Positions 42,042 to 51,237 of a stretch of DNA of 64,000 nt are shown here, in pieces. Under the pieces are notes generated by a model. The model worked only from the letters and a program-made list of their open reading frames with translations, ran no database searches and was not told where the DNA came from. The stretch covers positions 409,045-473,044 of the forward strand of contig CBDBKM010000011.1 of the NCBI GenBank assembly GCA_965206695.1, in the 5' to 3' direction. Source of the DNA: Chlamydiales bacterium (GTDB taxonomy: Bacteria; Chlamydiota; Chlamydiia; Chlamydiales; JAAZZY01). The position numbers were made by a program, and so were the translations under genes. Numbering within the stretch: the first letter of the stretch is position 1; each line of letters begins with the position of its first letter.

Positions 42042-43158
42042 TGTCTTTTCAACTATGAAGTGCAACAAACTTGTACTCTATTATAGCACAAATTCTTCGG
42101 ATTGAAAACCTCTATAGGTGTTTTAAAATTCAAACTTTTTCCGGGTCTTTCATTAAGCAGTTTTTCTATCTCTTTTACATCCTCTTGTGTCACATTATTA
42201 AAGTTTGTTTTCTTAGGCAAATACTGTCTAACTAACCCATTCGTATGTTCATTCAACCCTCTTTCCCGGGAATAATAGGGTTTAGCAAAATAAAACTCTG
42301 CTTTGAGTGTTGAACTTACTGCTTGATGCCGAGAAAACTCTAAACCATTATCTGCTGTTAATGTGTGAACTCTATCCTTAACAGGCTTTAAACAGGTAAT
42401 TAAAGCATCGGCAACACCGAGGGCTTGTTTAGACTTTACCTTCATAACCATCGTATATTTAGAAGCACGATCAACAATAGAAACAATCACTCCTTGATGA
42501 TTTTTGCCTATTATCGTATCTAATTCAAAATCTCCTATTCTTGTTTTTTCATCGACAATACAAGGTCTTTTATCAATATCGACTCTATTGGGAATACAGC
42601 TTCGGCCTGCTTTATCTGAACCTCGCTTTTTATACTTCTTACCTTTGTGTCTTAAATTTTTATATAAATTGCCCCAATTTCGTTTATCTTTCCAAATATG
42701 ACGATAAATACTTTCGTGGCTGATAAGCAGGCCTTCTTCTTCTTTCAATCGACCGGATATTTGAACAGGACTCCATTGAAGCAATAATTTACTTTCTATC
42801 TTCATAAGTAGTTCAGGGGTCATTTTCTTTGTTTTACTGCTCGCTTTTGAACGCCTTCTTTTAGTTTTGATTTGTGCTGCAAAATAGATATATCTGCCTT
42901 CATAGCTATTTCTTTTTAACTCTCGATAAACAGTAGTTTTATTAACATTTAATTCCTGCGAAATAGAATCAACAGAATCTCCTCTTTTTTTTAAAGTACA
43001 TATTTGGCACCTTTGTTCGTAGGTTAAATGCCGGTAGCCTTTAGGCATAAAAAATCCCTCCATAGTTTTTTTTTGCAAAAATTTACTATAGAGATTTTGC
43101 CGGCATTTGGCCATTTTCAAATTCTTCCTATTTGTTGCACTTCAATGTTGAAAGGGCG
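42042..43158 (-). mobile_element. Second IS30-family element type
   Basis: IS30 TIRs, TAT target duplication. Confidence 0.92.
42053..43048 (-). CDS. IS30 transposase, probably inactivated by W->R and R->G changes
   Basis: GDFELDT, TADNGLEF; SRERG and RPGK where the paralog has SWERG and RPRK. Confidence 0.85.
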   Translation of the reverse strand: MPKGYRHLTYEQRCQICTLKKRGDSVDSISQELNVNKTTVYRELKRNSYEGRYIYFAAQIKTKRRRSKASSKTKKMTPELLMKIESKLLLQWSPVQISGRLKEEEGLLISHESIYRHIWKDKRNWGNLYKNLRHKGKKYKKRGSDKAGRSCIPNRVDIDKRPCIVDEKTRIGDFELDTIIGKNHQGVIVSIVDRASKYTMVMKVKSKQALGVADALITCLKPVKDRVHTLTADNGLEFSRHQAVSSTLKAEFYFAKPYYSRERGLNEHTNGLVRQYLPKKTNFNNVTQEDVKEIEKLLNERPGKSLNFKTPIEVFNPKNLCYNRVQVCCTS

Positions 43159-44193
43159 TATTATGCCTGATCACGTACATATTTTTTTAAATACCAAGCC
43201 TATATATTCACCACAATTTTTCATAGGACAACTTAAGGGATATACAAGCCGAATATTAAGGCAAGAATTTTCAAGCTTAAGATCCGGGTTACCCACACTG
43301 TGGACACGGTCTTATTATGTTGATAGTGTTGGAAAATTAAATGAATATACAATCAGAAAGTATATACAGAATCAAAAAAACAAATAGACACTTTCATCCC
43401 ACCCTTAAAAAGGTGGGGTTTCTCGTTTAATTGTCATAACTTACTCACTTGATTTAAGAAAACAAGCCCTCAAATATCTCGATAAGATTGGAGACCGAAA
43501 AACGCTTGCAGAGTCTTTCGGGATCACATGAAGCAATCAAAACAGATAGCGGAAAAAGATCGCATCTACCTTGATGAAAGTAGAATCAACAGATATCTGA
43601 ACAGGAAGCGCATAAGACCCCCAAGGGGGGCTCGAGTATAGGGGGGCCGTATCCCGCGGGGAGATATGCAAGCAAAAGCTTTATTGCCGTACAAAGAAAG
43701 GCTCCGGTTCGATCACCTTTGCTGTCACGGGATTTGTAATACAGATCTTGTCAACAGGTGGTTAAAAGATTTTCTCATTCCCGGATTAAACCCCGCACAA
43801 GTTGCGATCATGGATAATGCAACTTTTCATCAATCGCAGGAAACGAAAAGGCTTATAGAAAAAGCCGGTTGTCGCACTTAATTCACCGGATCTGAATCCT
43901 ATTGAGCTATTTTGGGCACATTTGAAAAAGAAAACCCGGGGATTTTACCGGAAACAATCAAAAAGGACCGGGTTAGCCGATGCTATTGATCATGCATTCT
44001 CTATTCTATCGAATTAGTAATGAAAATTACCTTAAACCACTATATTTCAAAAAATCCGTTAAAGGCTTTTTAGAAGAGATGTGGGAAGCTTTAATCGAGA
44101 CGCTCTTATTCCGGTGCTTAAGCAAGGGGTTTTCTAGCTTTATTGTCATAAGTTATTTCAGTATGAAAATATAAAATATTTATTTTACAAATA

Positions 44194-45639
44194 TTAGAAA
44201 AGGGTTTCTTTCCCAAAAGGAGTAAGGATAAAACAATCTGTTCCTTGGAATTGTCCAATAGCTACCATACCGGACTCAAAAAGACGCTTGAGTATGACAT
44301 CTTTTATAAATTGTTTGCCTTCTTCAGAATATTGAGGAAGAACATATGACCAAGTATACCCTGTTTTTCTTAGGGTAACAGGTGGAACGTCACCAATAGC
44401 ACAGGTAACGCCTCTAAAAAAATCATCAAAAGTAACCCAGCCTTTATCAACAGCAGTGTCTAAATTCTTTTCAGATTCTCGAACATTTTTTTCTGTGTCT
44501 ATTTCTTCGCTAAAACCGGTATTAAAAACCAGATTATCAGGATGTCGATAAAGATAAAGGGCTTTATCTTCAACTTCCATATTTAACCAATAAGGAGCAT
44601 GACGTTGGGAACACAGCATTTCTTCATGCCTTTGAGCGAGTCCAATCACAGCCAGTTTTTTAGCAACATTACTAAAATAAAGCTGCCATTCTATAATATC
44701 CGCCTCTTTAGAAGAATACCCGGGCAACTGATCAATAAATTCTTCTATTAATGATTCCGGAAAAAGATAGTCATCATCAGAAGCTGAAGGTAAAAGAGGT
44801 ATTGGCGTTGCAACAATTCTTTCTAAAAGATTTGTCATATCAATAATAAAAGAAAAAGGCTCTTGCCTAACATTAATGATATTATGGATACCTCTAATAG
44901 AAGTCGGAACAGTGTCGCGTCTAAAGCGTAAATATTGGTGCCATTCATAGAATGGTTTGATGACTTCTTCCCACTTATCACCTACCTTTTTATAACAAAG
45001 GCAACAAACAAAGTTAAACTCCAGATGAAGCATATATTCTTGAAAACCTTCATCGCTAAGTTGATATTTCTTCTTCAAGTCTTCTGATGTAACTTTAAAG
45101 TCGGGAGCCTCTAAAACTTCTGTCATAATATTGTTCATGACAGGATCGCTAAAGTTCAATTCTAATAAATATCTTTCATAGATGTAAGGAGTTAATAAGT
45201 ATTTTTCAACTATAGAGGCAAAAATATTATTCGATGTTCTCGGAATCGAATACCAAGAAGGAAGAACATGTATAGGCACCTTGCGTAAAAGCGATTGCAA
45301 AAAACTCATTCCGGGTTTGAACTCTTCATCAAATTTAAGAAATTGGAAATCAAAATATTTACGCGTGTCCTTATCGATAATGATGCTCTCATTCTTTTGA
45401 ACAAACAGACCTGTGCCGGCCAACTTCTCTAAAACAGGAAATAATTTTTGTTGCGTAACTTCTAAAGTATTAGCTAGCTTGGATATGAGTATTGTAATCG
45501 AACCACATAAAATCTCTTCTAACACATCCACTTCAAAACCGGTAAAATTACTCATCATCAATCGATTTGCAATATCTCGATAATAATCATAATCGGAAAG
45601 AATAATTTTATTTTTTTTGCTAACACCTAACTCTAACAT
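44194..45639 (-). CDS. Hypothetical protein (481 aa), downstream of smpB
   Basis: Long ORF starting 10 nt after the smpB stop. Confidence 0.8.
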   Translation of the reverse strand: MLELGVSKKNKIILSDYDYYRDIANRLMMSNFTGFEVDVLEEILCGSITILISKLANTLEVTQQKLFPVLEKLAGTGLFVQKNESIIIDKDTRKYFDFQFLKFDEEFKPGMSFLQSLLRKVPIHVLPSWYSIPRTSNNIFASIVEKYLLTPYIYERYLLELNFSDPVMNNIMTEVLEAPDFKVTSEDLKKKYQLSDEGFQEYMLHLEFNFVCCLCYKKVGDKWEEVIKPFYEWHQYLRFRRDTVPTSIRGIHNIINVRQEPFSFIIDMTNLLERIVATPIPLLPSASDDDYLFPESLIEEFIDQLPGYSSKEADIIEWQLYFSNVAKKLAVIGLAQRHEEMLCSQRHAPYWLNMEVEDKALYLYRHPDNLVFNTGFSEEIDTEKNVRESEKNLDTAVDKGWVTFDDFFRGVTCAIGDVPPVTLRKTGYTWSYVLPQYSEEGKQFIKDVILKRLFESGMVAIGQFQGTDCFILTPFGKETLF

Positions 45640-45649
45640 AAGACTGCAC

Positions 45650-46108
45650 CTATGAAATATCCCTTAAAGTTCTTTGAATTCGACGCTTTTCATCACGCGA
45701 CTTAATTGTTTCTCGTTTATCAAATGTTTTTTTCCCTTTAGCAAGAGCCATTTGAACCTTTACTCGTCCATTTTTTAAATACATTGATAAAGGGACTAAA
45801 GATAAACCCTTCTCTTGAATTTGAGCTTTCAAACGAGCAATTTCTCTTTTATGCATAAGAAGCTTTCTTTCTCTTCGCTCCTCATGATTATTCCTATTGC
45901 CATGTTTATATGGTGCAATATAAGAAGCAACCAGCCAAAGTTCATTACTTGTTATTTTAACATAGCTATCTTGCAGGTTTCCACCATTATCTCTAAGGGA
46001 TTTGATTTCAGTCCCCACGAGACAGATCCCTGCTTCATAAGTATCTAAGACTTCATAATGATGCCTTGCTGCTCGATTAGAAACCAGTTGATTCGTTTGC
46101 TTTGTCAT
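45650..46108 (-). CDS. smpB: SsrA-binding protein
   Basis: YEAGICLVGTEIKSLR, RKLLMHK, KGKK.FDKRE. Confidence 0.96.
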   Translation of the reverse strand: MTKQTNQLVSNRAARHHYEVLDTYEAGICLVGTEIKSLRDNGGNLQDSYVKITSNELWLVASYIAPYKHGNRNNHEERRERKLLMHKREIARLKAQIQEKGLSLVPLSMYLKNGRVKVQMALAKGKKTFDKRETIKSRDEKRRIQRTLRDIS

Positions 46109-46484
46109 ATCGATTTACATTATTGCACCAAATAAGAAATTTATTCCTGCTTTGTGAATATTAAGGATTTGAATTTCCCATCATTCAACCTAGCTTAATC
46201 ATATCTCTTATTTTTAAAAAGCAAAAAGAGATATAGTAATTTTTTACCTTTTATAAATCAAAATATTTAACACCATAAACCGAGGTTATGAATTTTAAGG
46301 ATAACAAAAATATGAAATGATTAAAACTTATTAATACGTGAAAATAACGAAACAAACTTTTTGCAATAAAAAATTAATTGAGTACTTTTATAGCATTAAT
46401 AATAGGAAAATATTGACAGGATACCCTTGGCTTTCGTATTCTTGTGTTTTTAAAACTTACCCCAGATTAGGAGACGAATTTAAA

Positions 46485-47579
46485 ATGAAATTTGTCATTT
46501 CAAAAAATACCCTTACAGATATGATCACTAATATCCAAAATGTTGTTGCTCAAAAACCCACTATTCCTATTCTTTCTAATTTTTTAATCGAAGCCGCAAA
46601 TGATGAATTGGTCTTAACTGCAACGGATCTAACTGTCGGTATGCGTTGTTACACTGAAGCAAAAATATTGGAAGAAGGTGCTATCACTCTACCTGCGCGT
46701 AAGTTATTTCAATTAACCAGAGAACTCACAACTTCAAATGTCGAAATGTCTTCTCAGGATGGCGAGGTATCAGAACTCATTGCAGGCACTTCTCACTTTA
46801 AAATTCATGGTATGAATAAAAATGAATTTCCAACCTTGCCTGACTTGAATGGTGCTAAAAAGATTGAAATCAATCAAAAAATTCTAAAAGATATGTTATT
46901 TCGTACTTCTTTTGCTGTCTCAAGAGAAGATAATCGCTATGTTTTAACAGGTGTTCTGTGTCAAATTCACGATGGACAAGCTACTTTTGTTGGAACTGAC
47001 GGCAAGCGTCTTGCAGAAGCTTCAACACCTATCGCTACTTCTTTTTCAGGACAGTATATTATCCCGTTAAAAGCTGTTGAAGAAATCTATAAAAACCTTG
47101 AAGACACGAATACAGCCAAAATTTTTATCCTGGATGAAAAAATTGCGATGGAAATCAACCGAGTTACGATAGTCAGTAAGTTACTATCCGGAGATTATCC
47201 TGATTTTAAACGGATCATTCCTGAACAGACCGAAATCAATTTAGACCTACATCGCGAGGAACTTATTTCTCTTCTAAGACAAGTATCCCTTTTTACCGGT
47301 GAAGCCAATCAATCGGTACGATTTATCTTTGATAAGGGACAGCTTATTCTTACTGCTAATCATGTTAACATCGGAGAAGGCCGGGTAAGTATGCCGGTCA
47401 ACTATCAAGGCCCAAATATTCAAATCGCTTTTAGCCCAATTTTTTTCCTTGATATCCTACGTCATAGTAAAGATGAAACGGTAAAACTTGGTTTATCTGA
47501 TCCCTATAATCCCGGAATTATTACTGATACATCCGATGCCCGTTTTGTTATTATGCCTATGCGTTTAAGTGAGGATTGA
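46485..47579 (+). CDS. dnaN: DNA polymerase III beta sliding clamp
   Basis: PILSNFLI, ATDL, TDGKRLA, VIMPMRL; AGGAG RBS before ATG 46485. Confidence 0.96.
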   Translation: MKFVISKNTLTDMITNIQNVVAQKPTIPILSNFLIEAANDELVLTATDLTVGMRCYTEAKILEEGAITLPARKLFQLTRELTTSNVEMSSQDGEVSELIAGTSHFKIHGMNKNEFPTLPDLNGAKKIEINQKILKDMLFRTSFAVSREDNRYVLTGVLCQIHDGQATFVGTDGKRLAEASTPIATSFSGQYIIPLKAVEEIYKNLEDTNTAKIFILDEKIAMEINRVTIVSKLLSGDYPDFKRIIPEQTEINLDLHREELISLLRQVSLFTGEANQSVRFIFDKGQLILTANHVNIGEGRVSMPVNYQGPNIQIAFSPIFFLDILRHSKDETVKLGLSDPYNPGIITDTSDARFVIMPMRLSED

Positions 47580-47598
47580 CTCTTAATAGGCATACACT

Positions 47599-48720
47599 AT
47601 GGCTGTTTTAAAAAGCCTGTATCTTCATAATTTTAGAAACTTTAAAGAAAGCCTCGTCACTTTTTCACCAAATAGAAATGTAATAATTGGTAATAATGGG
47701 CAGGGAAAGACCAATCTTTTAGAAGCCATTTATTTTCTTATTACCGGTCGTTCTTTTCGCACAACTAATCTCCTTAATCTCATCCATTATGACGCCACTT
47801 ACTTTAAAATCGAGGCAAGGTTTATTAAGAATGATTTAGAACAACGTTTGCAGATCTATTATAGCTCACAAAAACGCCAATTAATCTATAATCATACTTC
47901 ATATTCATCCTTAATCCATCTCTTAGGGATACTACACGGCACAGTATATACCTCATTTGATAATTACCTTATAAAGGGCTCTCCTGCTACCAGAAGGCAT
48001 TTTTTAAATCTGATGCTAAGTCAGACAGATCCGATTTATATACATCATTTAAAGCGATATGAACGAGCTATGAAGCAACGAAATATTATGCTCCGCCAAC
48101 AAAAAATTAAAGGCATCCAAATTTTTGAACATGAGATGGCTAAACAGGCCTCCCCCATTTTTAAAAAAAGAGTACAGCTGATTTGCGAGTTAGAAATGTT
48201 AAGCACTCTTTATCAAAAACATGTAAATTCGGAACCGGAATCCCTGCAATTAAAATATAAAACACTTCAATCTTTAGACACACAAAGCGATTATTTACAG
48301 CATTTTCAATATCTCTGTGAAAAAAACCGTCAGAAAGAACTTAAGCTGGGATATACCTTATCAGGGCCTCATAAAGATGACTTAGAGATATTGATCAATG
48401 ATAAGGAAGCGAAACTTTTTGCATCTGAGGGTCAAAAACAATGTATTTTAATCGCCTTACGTTTAGCCGAATGGAAACAACTGGAAATAAAATCGGGAGA
48501 AACCCCGCTTATGTGTGTGGATGATTTTGGACTGGGGCTTGATCAAATACGTTTGAAACACCAATATCAAACCCTAGAACAACTAGGCCAAGTTTTTATC
48601 ACCATGCCCAAAATATCATCCTCAATTTTTCAAGATGATGACCTTCAAACTATTGTTATTGATGCCGGCCAAATTTCAACTTTAAGCAGCAACAGCACCG
48701 GATACTCGATCTTGCCTTAA
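47599..48720 (+). CDS. recF: DNA replication and repair protein RecF
   Basis: GNNGQGKTNLLEAI, GPHKDD, SEGQ. Confidence 0.95.
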   Translation: MAVLKSLYLHNFRNFKESLVTFSPNRNVIIGNNGQGKTNLLEAIYFLITGRSFRTTNLLNLIHYDATYFKIEARFIKNDLEQRLQIYYSSQKRQLIYNHTSYSSLIHLLGILHGTVYTSFDNYLIKGSPATRRHFLNLMLSQTDPIYIHHLKRYERAMKQRNIMLRQQKIKGIQIFEHEMAKQASPIFKKRVQLICELEMLSTLYQKHVNSEPESLQLKYKTLQSLDTQSDYLQHFQYLCEKNRQKELKLGYTLSGPHKDDLEILINDKEAKLFASEGQKQCILIALRLAEWKQLEIKSGETPLMCVDDFGLGLDQIRLKHQYQTLEQLGQVFITMPKISSSIFQDDDLQTIVIDAGQISTLSSNSTGYSILP

Positions 48721-50154
48721 CTGCACTGTTCGTTTTCTATCCCGATTGACTTGAGCTTTTTTCATCAATTCTATAGTTTTATTTTGTACATCTTCTCTTT
48801 TTTCAGATTCAACATGCTTTATAACTTTTATCCTACCTTTTTTAGGCTTCTTAGCTATCTCTATCTCTTGATCTACAAGAACTTCTTCTGCTACTTCACT
48901 ACAGAGGGTACGCGGTTTCGGCATATTTTTAGATAGTTCAATACAATCAAAATTATCCCTATCAAACTTGCTATAAAACCCGACTTGACCTAAACAAACA
49001 GCGTTAGCGACACCTAATAAAATCAACGGCACCGCAGGAGCTAGCGGAGTAACTAACATCATTATTAATGCGGCAGTACCAATAGCTGCACCTACAAGCC
49101 CTATAATATGCCCGGCAATGTATTTCATTATTTGGTTTTTGCATTTATTGACCAAGCGAATACCTTCATCTAATGCAGACTTTCTTTCCCATTCAAGACG
49201 ATTGATTTGCAATTGATTAATAATACGTGGAGTGTTTTTCACTATTTCATTGTATAATTCCTTACCTATACATCTGATCATTCGTCGTTTTTTACGCCGA
49301 TTGATTGTATCAATTTCCCGGTTAATTGCTTTAGGTTCCGTATGCTTTTTAAGAACTTCAACCACTTCTTCTTCAGTAATTAAAGTTTCTGTCCTTAAAT
49401 GCAATATAGCTTCTCCTACTGTAGCATAAGGAGATTGAGCTGCTTTAGAATCCATAGACTTTTTCAGCCCTGATAAGGCAGTGCAGGCACGTTCTAATTT
49501 AATAGATTCAATAACTGTATAAGCTCCTAAAGTAGCTAATCCCAAAACACCAAGGGCGGGAGATATTGTCGCTATCCCGGCCGTGTTTCCGCCGATTTCC
49601 ATAATACCGGCAGCCAGACTTAAAGAAGATGCGCCCAAATTCAAAGCATTTTGTACTCCTTGAGCCGTTGCCTCACGAATCCCTTCACGGTCATCAATTC
49701 GATAAGATTTAACTCCTTCTCGAACAGAATCATAGATTCCATAAAGGCTAAATGGAGCATCTATCCCTGCTATAGGCAACCCCATAGCAGCAGCAGCTTG
49801 ACCTAACTGAATATTCGTTCCTAAAGTTGCTTTAGATATGCCTTTGACAATTGTCTTAGCTAAATCCTGAAATAAAGAAAAAAAAGTTGTCATTTCAGAA
49901 GCTCGTTTAACACGTTTTTTTAGAGTTTCAGCTTTATTTCTGTTACATTTAAATTTAGCACGAGCCATTCCTTGCTCAAAGCCGGTACCGGCTGCTGATT
50001 CAACTCTTTGAGATAAAGCATTATTTGTTTTTTTGAGCCTAATATCTTGAATACTTCCCTTCTCTTCGGGACTTAATTTCAGCCTTTCGTCCGGAAAAGG
50101 AAATTTACTTTCAAGAATAGGGTGCTTTAATTGAGCCGTTTCTAATCCCAGCAT
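48682..50154 (-). CDS. Hypothetical membrane protein with paired hydrophobic hairpins (Inc/translocator-like)
   Basis: 490-aa ORF with two bilobed Gly/Ala-rich hydrophobic regions; AAGGA RBS. Confidence 0.75.
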   Translation of the reverse strand: MLGLETAQLKHPILESKFPFPDERLKLSPEEKGSIQDIRLKKTNNALSQRVESAAGTGFEQGMARAKFKCNRNKAETLKKRVKRASEMTTFFSLFQDLAKTIVKGISKATLGTNIQLGQAAAAMGLPIAGIDAPFSLYGIYDSVREGVKSYRIDDREGIREATAQGVQNALNLGASSLSLAAGIMEIGGNTAGIATISPALGVLGLATLGAYTVIESIKLERACTALSGLKKSMDSKAAQSPYATVGEAILHLRTETLITEEEVVEVLKKHTEPKAINREIDTINRRKKRRMIRCIGKELYNEIVKNTPRIINQLQINRLEWERKSALDEGIRLVNKCKNQIMKYIAGHIIGLVGAAIGTAALIMMLVTPLAPAVPLILLGVANAVCLGQVGFYSKFDRDNFDCIELSKNMPKPRTLCSEVAEEVLVDQEIEIAKKPKKGRIKVIKHVESEKREDVQNKTIELMKKAQVNRDRKRTVQLRQDRVSGAVAA

Positions 50155-50255
50155 GTTGTCCTTTCCTTAATTATCTTAATTTATATTTATTTTTTTAATT
50201 AACTATCCTATTAAAGAAATAAATAAACACATTATAACCAGTCACTTATAATACA

Positions 50256-50298
50256 AATATACACCTGAAATATTAACGCACAGTTAAGTTACGATTAA
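50256..50298 (-). promoter_or_regulatory. Putative promoter, three TTAA at 11-bp period, then N11-TATATT
   Basis: Minus strand cTTAAtcgtaacTTAActgtgcgTTAAtatttcaggtgTATATT. Confidence 0.45.
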
Positions 50299-50551
50299 GA
50301 TATTGTAAATTAACACGAAATAATTAATAAATAACACCCCCTGTTAACTAATCGTCCCTGTTAACTCAGTAGCTATACAGTAAATAAAAATCAGGCGAAC
50401 ACCTTAAGTCTTTAATATTTAGGATATTAAGATACATTAAAAAGGCTTAACCATATTATGATTAAGCCTTTACTTGTATAATATTTGAATATTTGTTACT
50501 TTTATTCTCAATTTTTTTTCTTACCCCTTATAATCTTATCCCTGATAAATC

Positions 50552-51175
50552 ATGAATGAAACAGTCGATCTCATCCCTAAAATAAAGAAAAAATTTAGCT
50601 GTATATTACTTTTTGGTCCCCCGGGATCAGGTAAAGGAACCCTTGGGAAGTTTCTGAGCAGTGCAGGCAGTCATTGTCATCTCTCCTCCGGAGACATCTT
50701 TAGAGGATTATCACCAAATACGCCGGCAGGCACCTTATATCATAAATATGCTTCTAAAGGGTTATTACTCCCGGATGATGCTACTATTGAGATATGGAGA
50801 CACTATGTTTCAGGATTAATAGCAACCAATCGTTATTTTCCTGATGAGCAACTCCTTTTATTAGATGGTATCCCTCGTACCTTAAACCAAGCAAAAATTT
50901 TAGACGAATACATCCAAGTAAAGCATATTATTGTTCTGGGTATCCAAAATCAAAAAATTCTTATAGAACGTATCCAACGCCGAGCCATTATAGAGAAAAG
51001 AAGTGATGACAGCTCTGCTGTGATCCTACAGACCCGTATGGAGGTCTATGAAAGAGATACACAAAACCTTCTTAAATTCTATGACCAAAACATCATCTCC
51101 ACGTTCGATGTTCACCAGAAACCTTTAGAGGTTCTACGTGATGTATTGGTAAAGCTTTCATCTCTTTTAGGTTAG
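50552..51175 (+). CDS. adk: Adenylate kinase
   Basis: GPPGSGKGT, HLSSGDIFR, LDGIPRT. Confidence 0.92.
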   Translation: MNETVDLIPKIKKKFSCILLFGPPGSGKGTLGKFLSSAGSHCHLSSGDIFRGLSPNTPAGTLYHKYASKGLLLPDDATIEIWRHYVSGLIATNRYFPDEQLLLLDGIPRTLNQAKILDEYIQVKHIIVLGIQNQKILIERIQRRAIIEKRSDDSSAVILQTRMEVYERDTQNLLKFYDQNIISTFDVHQKPLEVLRDVLVKLSSLLG

Positions 51176-51237
51176 CTCTAATTTTTCAAAAAAATATTTA
51201 TTATATTCAAGTTATTTATTTAATTAAATCTTTAATA

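Larger units (their letters stand above)
41865..43387 (+). pseudogene. tnpA: IS200-type Y1 HUH transposase split by IS30
   Basis: FNLSYHVIWCPKYRRKVL | MPDHVH, LWTRSYY, YIQNQ. Confidence 0.9.
39714..43435 (-). mobile_element. IS200/IS605 element with divergent tnpA and tnpB, both interrupted
   Basis: RE ...GCTGTCAA, LE hairpin CCCACC..GGTGGG, TTAT target, no target duplication. Confidence 0.92.
39667..44042 (+). mobile_element. Degraded IS630-family element, type E, split by IS605
   Basis: TAGTG ends with TA flanks; TYSLDLRKQ, IYLDES, IMDNATFH, SPDLNPIE fragments at 43440-43930. Confidence 0.75.
39558..44147 (-). mobile_element. ORF-less IS605 derivative (PATE C), hosting a nested IS stack
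   Basis: RE scaffold at 39558-39661, LE at 44090-44147, TTAT at 44148-44151. Confidence 0.75.

Noticed and set aside
46109..46484. oriC upstream of dnaN
   Set aside because: No dnaA here and no cluster of TTATCCACA boxes seen; this is an ordinary divergent promoter region
46338..46484. 49-aa N-terminal extension of DnaN
   Set aside because: An RBS and the canonical MKF start are at 46485
50339..50367. CCCTGTTAACT direct repeat
   Set aside because: Only two copies and no other support
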